DNA of 60,000 bases. It comes from Amphiscolops sp. MND2022. Taxonomy: Eukaryota. The position numbers and the translations under genes were made by a program. How positions within the stretch are numbered: position 1 is the first letter of the stretch; the number at the start of each line of letters is the position of its first letter. Location of the stretch: assembly GCA_964187785.1 (NCBI GenBank), contig OZ076409.1:21516001-21576000 (forward strand). The letters are read 5' to 3'. A model generated the notes under the pieces. The model was not told the origin of the DNA, made no database searches, and saw nothing but the letters and a program-made list of their open reading frames with translations. Positions 1-13,500 of this stretch are shown here, in pieces.

Positions 1-3000
1 TGTGACGGACAGGTACTCAGCGATAACTGTTCCCTGAAGTATTGCATTTTGAATTTGTGACAATTTTTGAATTTAAAATTCAATTTTGAAAGCATAATGA
101 GGTAATAGAGCGTAAATGTTTCTTGCCAACCAAATTATACGTGTGGAAATGTCCGCAATTATCGCCCTTACAATTGACTGCTGTCAGCATAATTGAATCC
201 TGAAAAAAGCGCATTGGTCTTTTAATCGATCCCAAATTTGAAAAGTTAAACCTCAAAAGCGCAATATTTTTTCAACTCTCCCAGGTAAACCAAGCATACA
301 CAATCAAAATTGAATCACTAAAATTAGCTTCGGGGTCTTAGATCGATCTTACGTGACGCCGTGTAATGTATGAATGCTGCAATTCATGAATGTTTCTTAC
401 ATAAAACATGCAAGTTGTCAGATAAGATGTATGCGCACATATGTGCCCGCATAGGAACTTTTGCCCCTGGGCAACTGTCATTTTTATGTTCAAGATGTTC
501 TGTGTCACTGGCAAGAGTATTTTGTGTCTGTATTTAATGTCGGCTATTTGCGTCCGATGATTTGCATTGTTGTACGCGGGTGAGGGTCGCCGTTTGGCCT
601 CAGGTAAATCCATGATTTTCCACTTGCATAATTTCATTCCATTCTCATGAATTACCCCCATGGACGCAAGTAAGCTGGTTCCCCAGCCGTATTCAACCAC
701 ACACGTCACATCACACCGTTCAGACTTGCTCCTTCTTAAAATTTCTTCTACCCTCCATTTTTCAACTTCTTGTTTTAATATTCCCGCATTTTTCCATTCT
801 TTTTGTCTTGTCTTCTGTTGCTGTGGAACTAGGAACAAGAAAGCGGCATTAGAAGATGCTGTTGTGGCTGCTTTCTCTGCCACAGTGGTGTCCCGTTTAA
901 TCAAACAACAGTGGGCCGCTTCTTTTTATTTCCCATTTTTCTTTCCCTACATTTTGATGTGCCTTCTCTTTTGCTCCAGCTTGCGTCTATTCCAGCCAAC
1001 TAACTATGCTTATTCTGAGTTAAGTTGACTTGTCATTCGTGTTGTCTTTACCATCGCAAGAACTACCCCGCAAAATAGAAAAGCAAGCAAAAATAAAAAA
1101 AAGTATGAGAAATCTGGAATATAGCCTTATTTTCGCCACTCATAAAGTTGCCCGATTTTTCCGAGCTGAATTAAATTCTCTGTCATTGTGTCTGTGCGCG
1201 CTTGTCCAATTCAATTCGAAGCGACCAACTTTCATCGACTAAAAATGTCTCTGGGGTTATGTGTGTATGTGCTTTGCATCCAAAGTGTGAACACTTTTCA
1301 TGCTTCAAAACTTTAATCTTTCATTCATTATTCAACACCCAGTGAAAAGAGAGGCAAACTTCAATGCCTACTTTTCTCCCATTTCTCCACCTCGCGTTTC
1401 CATCTCTCTCTCTCCCTTTTGTTCCCTCTAGTCTATCTTATCCCAAATCCTTGAAAACTGTGGCTGCGGGGCCGAGGGGCCTATTGAATAACTAACTTCT
1501 GCTTTTTTACTCCTTTTACTTTTCCCCTTACATAACCTGCGCATTATAATCCGTGCTTTGAGTGTGACGTGCTGCCATAACTAGTGTAGAACTCTCGACC
1601 CAATTTCATAAATGTGCAACTTTTTTGCAGTCGTGCGCGCGGTCGCCTCTGTGGCAAGTAGTGATTAGCTGGCTGAGTTACGGGAACTTTAACTGATTAT
1701 AACTCCATTCTAACAATCCTATCTTCACCACCACCTGAGTCTGGGCCAGCGCTCTCAAAACCCATTTCTCGCTAGCCCCCATCCCTTTTCAACTCCTCGC
1801 TTTCAAGTCCCAGAAGTGTAACATACAATCTATGCGTACTAAACCGCCACTACATATAAATATTTCACCATACCTGTATTTTTATATGTATAAACATCCG
1901 GCCCTGTAACTTTTCACCCTACTTGTAATTCTCAGTCTGCTGCTATCGTAGTTTATCTCTTTGACTTTGTGAAAGTTGCCCCTCGCTGATAGAAAGAAAC
2001 TCCGTTTAGCGCGGATAAATATGGAATTCAATTTTTATCTAACCAATTGGCTGCCCGCTGCGTGAACCTGTTGATGAAATTGAATAAATGCTGATACTTT
2101 TTGTTGGCGCTACCCTGCCCCGTGGTCCAGCTGAAGGGACCAGAAGGAACGACATGCTGATTTGCTTTCAACTCTCTGCGGGGTACTCTTTCCTTCAGTC
2201 TCCACTACAAGAGAGACTCCAGTCTTCGTTTGCTTCAATTCTTCCCAAATTTGCTTCTCACTGACCATCCTTAGCCTCTCCCCTCACATTGTTACATCAT
2301 CCAAACTAGCTTCCCATCAGATGCATCCCCTCCCCTCTCCTCTCACTATGGTATTGCAAGTATTTAGGAGCTACAACTGTTTTCCATAATCTACCCCTTC
2401 TTTCCCTATTATTCTCTTAACTTGATCCGTCATCAAGTTATCCGTTGGCAGCATTATTGCGCAATCGTAGTCTATCGATTTTCACCCCTCTCACACTCCA
2501 TTCTTTTTCTTACTGCCAGAGTCGCAACATTTTTCCATTGCGACATAGTTGGAGGCGGTTGTGTTGTGTGGAGATAGTCGCGTTTATAGTCTAGTATAAG
2601 TTATTCACTAGTATAAGTTATAACATAAAACTATCCCCGATGCTGGTTGGTGCTAAATGCAGACAGCCTCCACGTAGACCGAGACTGCGGAGCAAATAAA
2701 GTGAATTTTAGAGCCCAGACGTGATTAATAACAATTTTCACCCCCTTTCATATTTCTTACCTTGTCTTGATCATCATGATGTGATGTCTGTGGCACCAGC
2801 CCATGCCACTTACCTGTGTTCCTGTAGTTGTTGGTGTTGTTTTTCGTACAGGTGTAAATTATAGCACCAACGTGTAGTATCACATACCTCTCCTATCCCA
2901 GACAAATCGTCACCCTTCCCGCTGCGTTTGAAGCCGCGATTTCCAAACCTGCTTAAAATAAGTCTCTATCATACCGACACGATTCGGGTTAATAGGCGTG

Positions 3001-4523
3001 TAATTAATTAATTGCCCTCTTTTCGTGGGTATTAATTTAATCGCATTCTATCAGGTTATATTAAATTTGACCAACCATCATATTGCTAGTGTTAACTCGA
3101 ATTAGTAAAGATACCATTTGGTTATTACATTTCATTCAAACATAACTTCCTGTTGAATTACAAAGACTGGTTGTTATATCAAAACCTTACAGCAAATCAC
3201 AAGTCGTCATTTACTTACATTTGCAGCATTTTGCTGAACTTCAGTTGCTTAATTTAAGTCACTTCACATAACTCAGCCAAAATCCACGGATTTCATTCCC
3301 TCATTCCAATATCCACTGATTCCCCGTCCTTTAATGTCAAGGCTGTGGCGACTTATTTCGCACTTGGTCTGCTAATTTTTCACAGTTTCCGTCGCAATTC
3401 TTATCTCTGTGAATCAAATATCTATCTTGCTAACTAACTTGTTTTTGCGCTCTTTATCTATCGTAATACATTCACAACCTTGTACATAAAAAGCGTATCA
3501 GTTTCACGCTGGCTAGCCCCCTGGCAAGTTTCCGGTTTGTTCGAAACTTGTGAAACTTACTTGTGAAAACATTCACGAAGCATTGCTGTATCAATATCAT
3601 TGTTTCTGCGCTGAAAACAACATAGCACAATAAATAAAACAAAGCAGCAGTACATTGAGCAGTTTGTACTTTACTTTGTGTTTATATTTACGCCACTTTT
3701 GCAGAACAATCGACAATTGTATTCTCAATCAGTCAAAACTGACATATTTGGTTATAAAACTAGAGCTGCAAGTTTTATCAGGGCCTGAAGTGAGCGACGA
3801 CCCGCGAGTTGTTTTCTGGTCACGCTATCAGCTAACCAATTTTCAATTCCCTTTTTGCCTGTCAATCAGTGTGAAACAGGAAAAAAGTTGACATATTTTT
3901 CATTATTCAGGGAAAAAAGTAGTTTATTTTATGCATCACATCCATCGCTCCAATCATTTGCATTTCAATTTACATCCACTAAAAGTGACTCTACATTACT
4001 TACTATACTTACAATACTTGTTTATCCCCACGGAGGCGGTACTTACTGTGATAGTTAAAAGAACACTCTTTCCCCGATAAATTTCCTCAACCATTCTTTT
4101 TTGCCGTTACACAATAAGTGCTCACAGCGTGTAGTTGCGTGTTTTACAATGAGTTCATTCCCAGCATTTTGAGGCCCCGCCAATGATACTAATCCCGTAA
4201 CTGTCACTTTTATCTTTCCTTGCTATCTCCGCCAATGCCTTCTTAAATTTATGCCAAATCGGGCACAAATCCCGCAACAAACAGTCGCCGACGTCGTAAC
4301 TTGACTGGCCTCAAAAGTAGTCGTAGCCGTAAGAAATCACTTTCCCGGATTTTCCACGGATTGCCGTCAAGATTCCCATACTTATACGACTGCCCTCGTT
4401 TACATACTTGTATTAACAAGGATAATACCATTTATCTCTTGTTTATAACACAATTAAATTTACTTTTGGGCTGAATAAGTTTGAGAGAGTTAGACTGAGA
4501 CTTGCAGATTTGACGAGTTCACG

Positions 4524-7500
4524 ATGTCAGGTTCGGTCAAACGCAACAACTCGTGTTTATTCCCAATCACGGAGTTCGATCACCATGGTTTCCACCCCTC
4601 GCAGACTTCCTTCTCATTAGCTAATTACTCAAATTTAAATTATAGTTATTTCACTAATAACAACCATTATCCCCCCAATTACTTTTTCAATGAGCATAAT
4701 CGTCATCATCACCATTCCGCCATGATGCTAAACACCGGTGCTTTCTTGCCAAGGTTGTTAAGGTTTGCTTTAAGTCACCTGTGAATTAATCAAAGGTTTC
4801 TCATTAATTATTCATTACTCATGTACGAAAAATTCAATACGAGCTGTGACGTAAATCAGCTTGTGGGTTTTTGAATAAAGGCTTCTTTTCAAAGTGATTC
4901 AAGTTTTGAGCAATTATAGGAAAAATGTTCCAACAATCCACAGCACGTACAGAAAGTTACTATGAATGTGAAATCGACAAAAGCATCCCAAAATTTTTAT
5001 CATTTCTGTCAAAATTATTTACTAATCATTCTTCTCAGTTAAAAAATCAAATTTCGTATTAAATTGACACTTATAACTTCGTTATGGTGAATTTCGTGTA
5101 CTTTACGGTATAACGTGATTCTTTCATAGTTCGAGAGTAAATCCGTTTTTCTCACCACTAATCAATTTTAGTTGAACCACAATAAAAATATATACGGTTC
5201 CATTCCAGGATTACTTATCTATTGGTCGAAACATCACCTTCAAATGAAGATAGAACTTGAAGCTTAGAAACAATTAGTTAGATGAAACAGTCATGTTTTA
5301 AACCCAATGTTCTTTATTCATCATAACTAAATGTACATCTAACAATATAAATTATTATAATTAAATCGAGGTTTGTGTTTACAGCAGCAGGTACACGCAA
5401 AACGGAGCTGGCCCGCAGTACAGACCAAACTCGGTGCACGACTACCAGCCCCTGGCGCCGTTCCAGGAGAACCCCCACCTGCCCCTGCCCCCCGGCATGT
5501 CTGGACTAGGCACTGCCCCCGGGGGCGGAGTGGGCCAGAACTCCAAGTCTGTGTATGACGCACATGACGACGACAACTACTGCATCAACTGGAAGTGTAT
5601 CATCACCCTCTGCTGCATACTCGCCCTTCTTATCATTGGTCTCCTATTTCTGCTGAGTCAGTATCTTTCCTCTTCTGTTTGCGTCGAAAACAAATACCGT
5701 ATTTCTTCGATTAAAAGCCGCATTAAGCTTGAAAATTTTATTTTAAAAGCCATAGTTTAGCATATTTCTTCAAATATAGACCGCGAAATCACTACGGAAA
5801 AAACTAACAACCGCGGCCTGTATTCGAAGAAATACGGTATTTGATGCCAAAGGTCGAAAATGAAATTTCACTAGCATCTTCAAAATATAAGCCCCGGGGG
5901 CCTATTGGCTGAGCAACAATTCATACTTCAGATAAAGTTCCCAAAACAGCAAAAATGGCTGTATGACTCAGACTTCCTGGTTCCGGGGCTCTTCGCGCCC
6001 CTCCTGGCCGGCCTTCGTCAAAATTAGCCGCTATTTAAGTGATGACATGTCGCTTCGCTCCTGCACGTAGGGCACGATATCTGTGTCTCCGTAGCTGAGC
6101 AGTTCCGATTCCTCCTAACTTGACTCTCTAACTTCTTTTCTCCCAAATTTCCAAGTTTTGTGCAACCGGGCAAACTATATTTCCCACCGAAAATATCTAT
6201 GTTGTGAAGTATGAAGTTAGAAAAATCCCTTGATTTTTCCCTTGTTTCGAATGAATCCAGCTTGAAGTACTCTTCTTAATGAGCTTTCAGTATAAAAATT
6301 GCTCAGCGGCTTTTTTGAAAAAAAATCTTTTTCAAAAAATGAGCCTTTTCTCATTCAGGAAGATTTTCAGCCTTTGTTAATTAAACTTCAATAATTTCAA
6401 TAATTAATTTTTGTTTTAGCAATCAAATTCTTCTACGTAGACAACTCCATGTACTCCGTTTCTCACAGTAACGACCACAGTAAGTACATTTCCTCATATT
6501 TTTGCACCGAAATGAACATCTCCATTTTCAACTATATGTAATACAACTCGTGTTTTTTTCAGGCGTCATTTTATTAAATGATTACAAAGACAAGCAGTTA
6601 GAAATATCGGTAGCTCCGAGATCATCTAGAATGCTGAGTGTGTACGCTATGGGACCAATTCTGTTAACCCTTCACATCAAAACATCATCATCTAGACTGA
6701 TTGTCTACGGCTTAGAGGGTGCGGAGCCCTATGCCACCAACTTCACATTTATCCACGAGCTCAGTGCTTTGACCCCCCAGTTTGACAGTAACAGTCGACT
6801 CCTGTACACCAGTTCTTTCGCGAGTGAAGACATGAAAACTGTTCATCAATACCTGAGTAACGGCAAATGGTACATCAGAGTGTTCAACGATGGCTCCGGA
6901 TATGAGATGTTAGAAATCCTGACAAAGTGGGAGGATGGCAAGCAATCAGTTTGCCCGGCTGATTGCAACAGTCCCCAAGGCGAGTGCAACGCCATTGGCT
7001 ACTGTGTGTGCAAACAACAGTTCCAGGGGGCCTATTGTGACAGACCCTCTCTGAAGTGTGGTGCCCATGGTAGACTTGTCAGAACTGGCAATCTGCGCAC
7101 TGGAGTTACCCAGCAAGCGTGCAAATGTGACCCCGGCTGGACCGGAAGTCTTTGTGATCAAAGCGAAACTGGCTGCTATCCTCCGGATTGCTCCGGCAAC
7201 GGACAATGTGTGTTTGGAACGTGTCACTGCAACCCAGGATTTACTGGGCATACATGCAACCACAGTAAGTTGTGCCAAATGCTAATTTCCTGTGTAAATT
7301 TGCAAATCAAGCTTGCTCAAAATATTACGGCTGGCAGTTGTAATCAAAGCTAAAAGTTAAGGCATGCGAGGATAAATATTATACGATATGAACATGCACT
7401 ACGATATCACTGATGCAAATTGTTATGGCAATTACTATGCTCTCAAAATATCATATATAAAGAAGATCAAAAATTCTTTCATGTGACAAGAATGGGAAAA

Positions 7501-10500
7501 CAGTCAATGTTGTATATGTTAACATCCTTTTTCCATCACAAATTTGTAAGTTATCCAATGATAACATTAAGGCTACTATTTTTGATGATCCAAATTATTT
7601 ATAAGTTCACCAAATAATTGCTTTTTCTAGCTTTGTGCTCAAAAAGGTGCAATGACAATGGCATTTGTGTGAACAACAACTGCGTTTGTGCTTTGGGATT
7701 CTACGGAGAAAACTGTCAATCAAAGAAGAATCCAGATTGCGACTCAACTTGTGAAAACGGAGACTGTATCTATGGTCAATGTCAGTGCCGAAAAGGGTTC
7801 AGAGGCTCAACGTGTCGTCAGAAGGTGTGCGAAAACGATTGTTCTGGTAACGGAATTTGCGTAGCCAATGAAAACGCTCAATGGTCCTGTAGATGCAACC
7901 AGGGTTGGTCTGGCTCCAACTGTGAGACCAAAACACAACCGGCTTGTTTGGATATCTGCAAAACAAACCCAGCTTGTTGCAAAGCTGATGGATCGTGCTT
8001 AGCCCCCTCAAATAAACCTCAAATGTGCCACGTCACTTCCATGTCAGCTGATAAGATCTACAGCAACAAAGACATCCAAAGTTCATTCAACCACAGAACC
8101 ACCTTCCTTGAGAAGACATCCTTCCTCTTCCGAGAACAAACCGGGCAAAGAACATTGCCTTTCGATCTGAAAGACAAGAAGTATATTTTTGTGGTGAGGG
8201 GACAAATTGTGCATGGGTCTTCTAGACAACCTTACCTGGGTGCTTTGATTTACGCCAACAACCACGAGAACCTCGGTCACACCAATACTCAACACAGCGG
8301 TTGGTTTGACTTCTTAGTCGCAACCGACCAGCAGCAGTTCACATTGTTGGTCAACTACACTGGCATACCATCTGGGTTACCTGAATGGAAGGTGGTCAAC
8401 CTGATCTCGAAGAAGAACGACTTCGTCACCCTGATCCAGCCGATTGTCATTGATGACATACCATCTGACAATTGCCAATCCTCGTTGTCCAAGCTGCCAG
8501 CATTTTCCTCCTCCATGCCGTATTTTCTGCAGTCACCCAGAGTGCAGACCAAGTTTGATCATGGTGCAGTTGTCACTGAAAATGTTAGTCTTGTATTATA
8601 GTCTTACATAATTTTATGCAATGTCGATAATATCTTTATTTTTTCTGCCAATTTCCCAAAATGCAGTTGGGCAAAAATGAAGTAAAATAATTTCTTTCAC
8701 TTTAACGTTGGGCTTTTGATGATACATCAAGGTACTGTGAACCTACTTTGTAAAATGTAGCACGTACTAACATGGACTTTGTTTCAGTATGTAACCAAAA
8801 GTTTCCGCCCCGACAAACAATTCCCTAACATGGTATTCAACAGCCACATGCAGGGCTCGAAGCGAGTGACGCTTTATTTGGGAAATATGAAAGATCAGCC
8901 TGAAGTCACACAGATCTACGTCACATTAAGTGTGGCTGGTTTAGTTTTCACAGAAGTGTTTGACAACAACCAAGATGAACTTTACTGGGACATCTACTGG
9001 AACAAAACTGACGTTTACGGCAACAAAGTTTACGGTTTAACAGAAGTCGAGGCTTCAATATACTACAAAGTCTCCGGATGTGACAAGAGATTCTGGGCGA
9101 ACTCTGTGAAAACCCAAATCGAAGCTCTTTCCTGTCATGAGACCATCACTTACGAACATCATTACTGTTTGACTCAATCCGATTCTCTCTACTCCGGCAA
9201 AGGTCACGCTTTCCACTTTAACATGTATCCCCCAGTTAGGCGTCACATGCAATGTCTGACACCCCCCAAAGTAATCGAAGCTCTCCCTAATGGAGATATA
9301 CTGATAGGTGACAACAGCCAGATATTCCACGTGCATGGCAACAAAGTTGGCGCCCGTTGCGAGCTCAACCGAGCTGTCTATTCCTTTGGCATCAACGGCT
9401 TCTTGGATCATCTGGAGTACTTCATCGCAGCTGATCCCTCTTCAGAGTTCTTTTATCTCACCAGGTCCGATTCCCCAGTCATCATCAGAGTCAATCTCAA
9501 AAACGCCAACTACGAAGTCATTCTCGGTCAGCATTCCAAGAAATGTATCGGCAACTACGCTCTCTGCCACGACAGTCTCAAGTCACCCAAAGGTAATTAG
9601 AACTCTTGGAGGAGATAACGTCCAAAGCAAGTTGGAAGTTGGAACGTCCAGTACAAGGCTATTTATTGAAATAAAAGTCAAAAAAGGTATTTTAAAAGAA
9701 TGTCTCAAAAGTAAAAACTGATTGAAAAACTTGTTGTATGACTCGGCTTTGCTCCTCCCGGGCGTTTCGATCACGATTGATTGCCTTCTTTGGACGTTAT
9801 TTACCAACAAAAATTGTGGACGTTATTTGCCGTCCCCGTTAAAACAGTATTCAGATCGTTCAGCTAAGTTTGTCTATGAAAAGTGCATTTATTGACCCTA
9901 GAAAAAAAAAGATGATTTCCTCTAAAAAATCATCACTGAATTGGGAGAACTCAGTATTTGGACTGTCTATAATTTCGCTGCCAAATACAATAATTTATTT
10001 TTCATCATGAAATTATTTATTGAATCATTGTTTACTTTGACTGGTTTACGATGCTGTGGTATGAATTGGAATTAAAATGAACACTGAGTTTTGAATGCAT
10101 ATAAACATGGTGTAAGTTAGTCAAAACTTTGACTAACTTCCACTTATTGCAAGTATAGCGATCTGCAATTTGCAAAAAGTGGAAGTTAGTCAAAGTTTTG
10201 ACTGAATTACGAAAAAGAGTATTCTTGGACTAACTTCCACTTTTCACTAACTACGTGCTTTGACTAGTTTACACTATTTTCCATTACGCGCGTTGACACA
10301 GCTACACCGTTGAAGCATAGACCGTCTTGACTAACTTACGCTGAATGACCATTTTACGGATTACACAGATTACGCTGCGTGACTGAAATCCAATTTACCG
10401 CTACGTGTATCGTAATGATATCCAAGTATGTTCGAGACTTTCATATAGCAGATGAAACCCTAAATTTCACATGATGGATACTAGCAGTATAATCATCCTG

Positions 10501-13500
10501 AAAAACTATGATAATCTATTACGAAAGACATAAAGCAGCGAAGGTATGTGACTAAAAGATGAATTCTACTAAGACTGAAGTTCTTTGATTTATCACCCAA
10601 TTTCCAGAGTTGTCATTCAATGAGGTTGAAATTTGTTTTGCAGGTTTGACAGTTTTGAACAACGGCACTGTGGTGTTTGTCGATGGTCTGGCCGTGAGGT
10701 CCTGGACTCCCGGAGATGACTCCATCCAGACACTCTGGGCCCCTTCCTCCGACTTCATGTCTCCCTACAAAACTTGCTCTGACATCCCTGTTGATCAGGT
10801 ATGCGCCAGTTATTTGTTAGGTAAACTCATATATGATACAACATAACGCTTCACTCCAAGAGTCTTTCTGTCAATAAGCTAAAACAAATTGAAATGTACT
10901 TTAAATGTCTTGAGAGAATTCAAAGAGGTAGGATAATTAAATGTTAGATATGAGATCGAGAGCAATGTTGTAATTTTTTGGTTTAGCATTCAGGTTTTTT
11001 GTGGCTGAAAGAAGTAATGAGTCTTTTCTACAATGCAAACACAGAGTTGGAACCGGGCCGGGCCGGGCCTGTGTTTCGATAGGTGTAGATCAAAAAGGGT
11101 CCGAATTAAATTCATTTTCTGTCTGTTTGTAGGAGTTTCAAAGGTAGCATTGACCGGGCCTGGGTGGGCCAGGCCTGAATAAGACCGGCTTCCAACTCTG
11201 TGCAAACGTTTCACTTTCAACTATGCCACTAGTCAAGTAATTCATCATTTTTTGCTTAATGGAAAATATTTTGTTTCCTTTCTAGGTCATCCTGCAACAA
11301 CTGAAGACAGTGAAGCACAACCCGACAGATGACACCCTGATTCTATTCGATTACAGCCGATCTGTGGTCAAACTCAACCTCAGAACGCAACGAATGTCAT
11401 TTTTGGCAACTCGGGCTAAACAGTCGTGCAAACAGATGAACACTTTATCAGTCGCTAGAGTTTATTACCCCTTTTCGGTCACTGTAGGCTCTAACGGAGA
11501 CATTTTTCTTGCGGATTCCGATCCTCTGAACAAGCGAACAACAGTGTACAGAGTATCGGCCAACAACCAATGGGAAGTTTTCTGGCATCAAGATCAGATG
11601 CAAATTCTATCACAGATGACAATCACCGCTAACGACACGCTTTTGATGATCAACGACCAGGAAAAACGTGTCGACATTTTGGGCAGATATCGAATTTTGT
11701 CAGCCGAGAACAAAGAAATCACTGACTACGAAAACAATCGCGTCATTCGCTTCAATGATCAATGGCTGCACGAGAGCTCTGATAGTTACGCAACATCAAC
11801 ATTCACACGGGAAAACTTTTACTATTACCAGGAAAACACGGCTTTGAAGACGTTCATGCAAAGCGCCGGAGGGGAGAGACTGTTTTTCGCAATCAAAAAT
11901 GATTTCTGGGAAGTCAAGAGCTACAAACTGACTGCTGATTACTCCGACTGGCAAAATAGTGTTTTGTCTGAAAGGTATTTCGACAGCCGAGGCATGATTA
12001 GTCAGTTCGAGTCGAATGTGATGCACAGATATGTCGCCATGCTGGACGATCAGTTGGTGGAAATACTGGTCAACAAACGTCAGAGAGACGACTTGCAGAA
12101 TACATGTATCATGAAGTCTTTCCAGAATGCACAAGAGAGTTTATGTACCGGTGCGTATCTTTGTCATTATGGAACGAGAAACTAATTTAGGAAGGGGTCA
12201 AATAACTAGGGTTACGTCATCGCAGTAGCTGAGAGAAAGTGTTAATGAAGGCAGAATGAACAAAATTTTGGACTTTGGAAGTTCCTCTATAAATTTTGGT
12301 ATCTTTTTACATATGGGTTACGCCATGCGTTTTTTCTCATCATTTTCACAGAAATATGGTGTTATTGAAATTTTTTCCAACTGTTTTGCCTAATTTCATA
12401 GTTTTAAAACTTTTATCAAATCAGTATTTAGAATACTAGCATAGCTCAAACCGTCAATTATCATTCTTCTGTTGTAGAAGGTGCTGATTTTGGTGTTTAC
12501 ACCCGCTACACACATTTGTCAACTGGCAGCGACAGAATCACATTCGAAGACAACTCTGGCTTCACCCTTTCTGGCACTCTTCCGGGCATGAAGCGAGGAG
12601 TTAGTCTGGAGTCTTCCAACACCGACCAGTCTTACGCTCTGAAGTACTTGACCAAAGACGAGAAAGTGTACGCGCTGCAGCTCTCATCTGGCGACCAAAT
12701 ACTCATGGAGAAGTTGTTCAGGTTCGACAGGAGTTTGGTCACCTTCGGACCCGTCAAGGAACCTCTGACGTCATTCCAGATTGACTCCCAGAACAGCTTA
12801 CCATCTAAGGTTAGACAGAGAGAAATGTCAAAAAGAATGCTCTTTGCGGTGTTTACCTTCAGCTTTCATTACAGTCTGGATTGGATCAGTTAATAAAAAT
12901 TTAGCCAGTTGAAAACTTTAATCGATTGACGGAAAAATCTCGACGGAAAGTCCAATGGGAAACCCACATACATGTCCGCTGTTATACGTAGGAATTGCAA
13001 AACTACTTACAAAAAGTGTGTGTCGACACGAATATTTCGAAATTTTGGGATTGCATTTAGTGTAAATATTAGCACAGGTGATGTGAATAAATAATATTGC
13101 ACTGTAATGGATGTTTTATTGTGCGTCTATTCTAACAAATCTAGTTTCATAATGAAGACACATTTTATCATATCAAAGAAAACAGATTGATTCTGGTGTT
13201 CACCCGGTTTCCATTTAAAACTGCATAAATCACCGTTTTCCGGGAGTATCATAGAAGTTTATAATTAATTACACGTGGAACGGTCCACAAAGGACTTTTT
13301 TCAGGGACTGAACCAGGTTTAACTTGAGTGAGATTGATTTATTTGAATGCTTTTCACATTCAGAGCTAATTTTGATATGAACAATGAATTTCTCATGAAC
13401 TCTAATGAACTAATGATTGCTTCCTTCGGGTTTCTTGCGTTTTCGCCACATTATAATTCTGGTTTTTTAACCACGTTCATGCTCCTTTGAATGAAACAAA

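Noticed and set aside
338..1242. ORFs 338-904(-), 660-1028(+), 1030-1242(+)
   Set aside because: No recognisable domain, overlapping on opposite strands, no convincing splice context; probably chance ORFs
6946..9721. Antisense and alternative-frame ORFs over teneurin exons
   Set aside because: Shadows of the coding frame with no independent protein features
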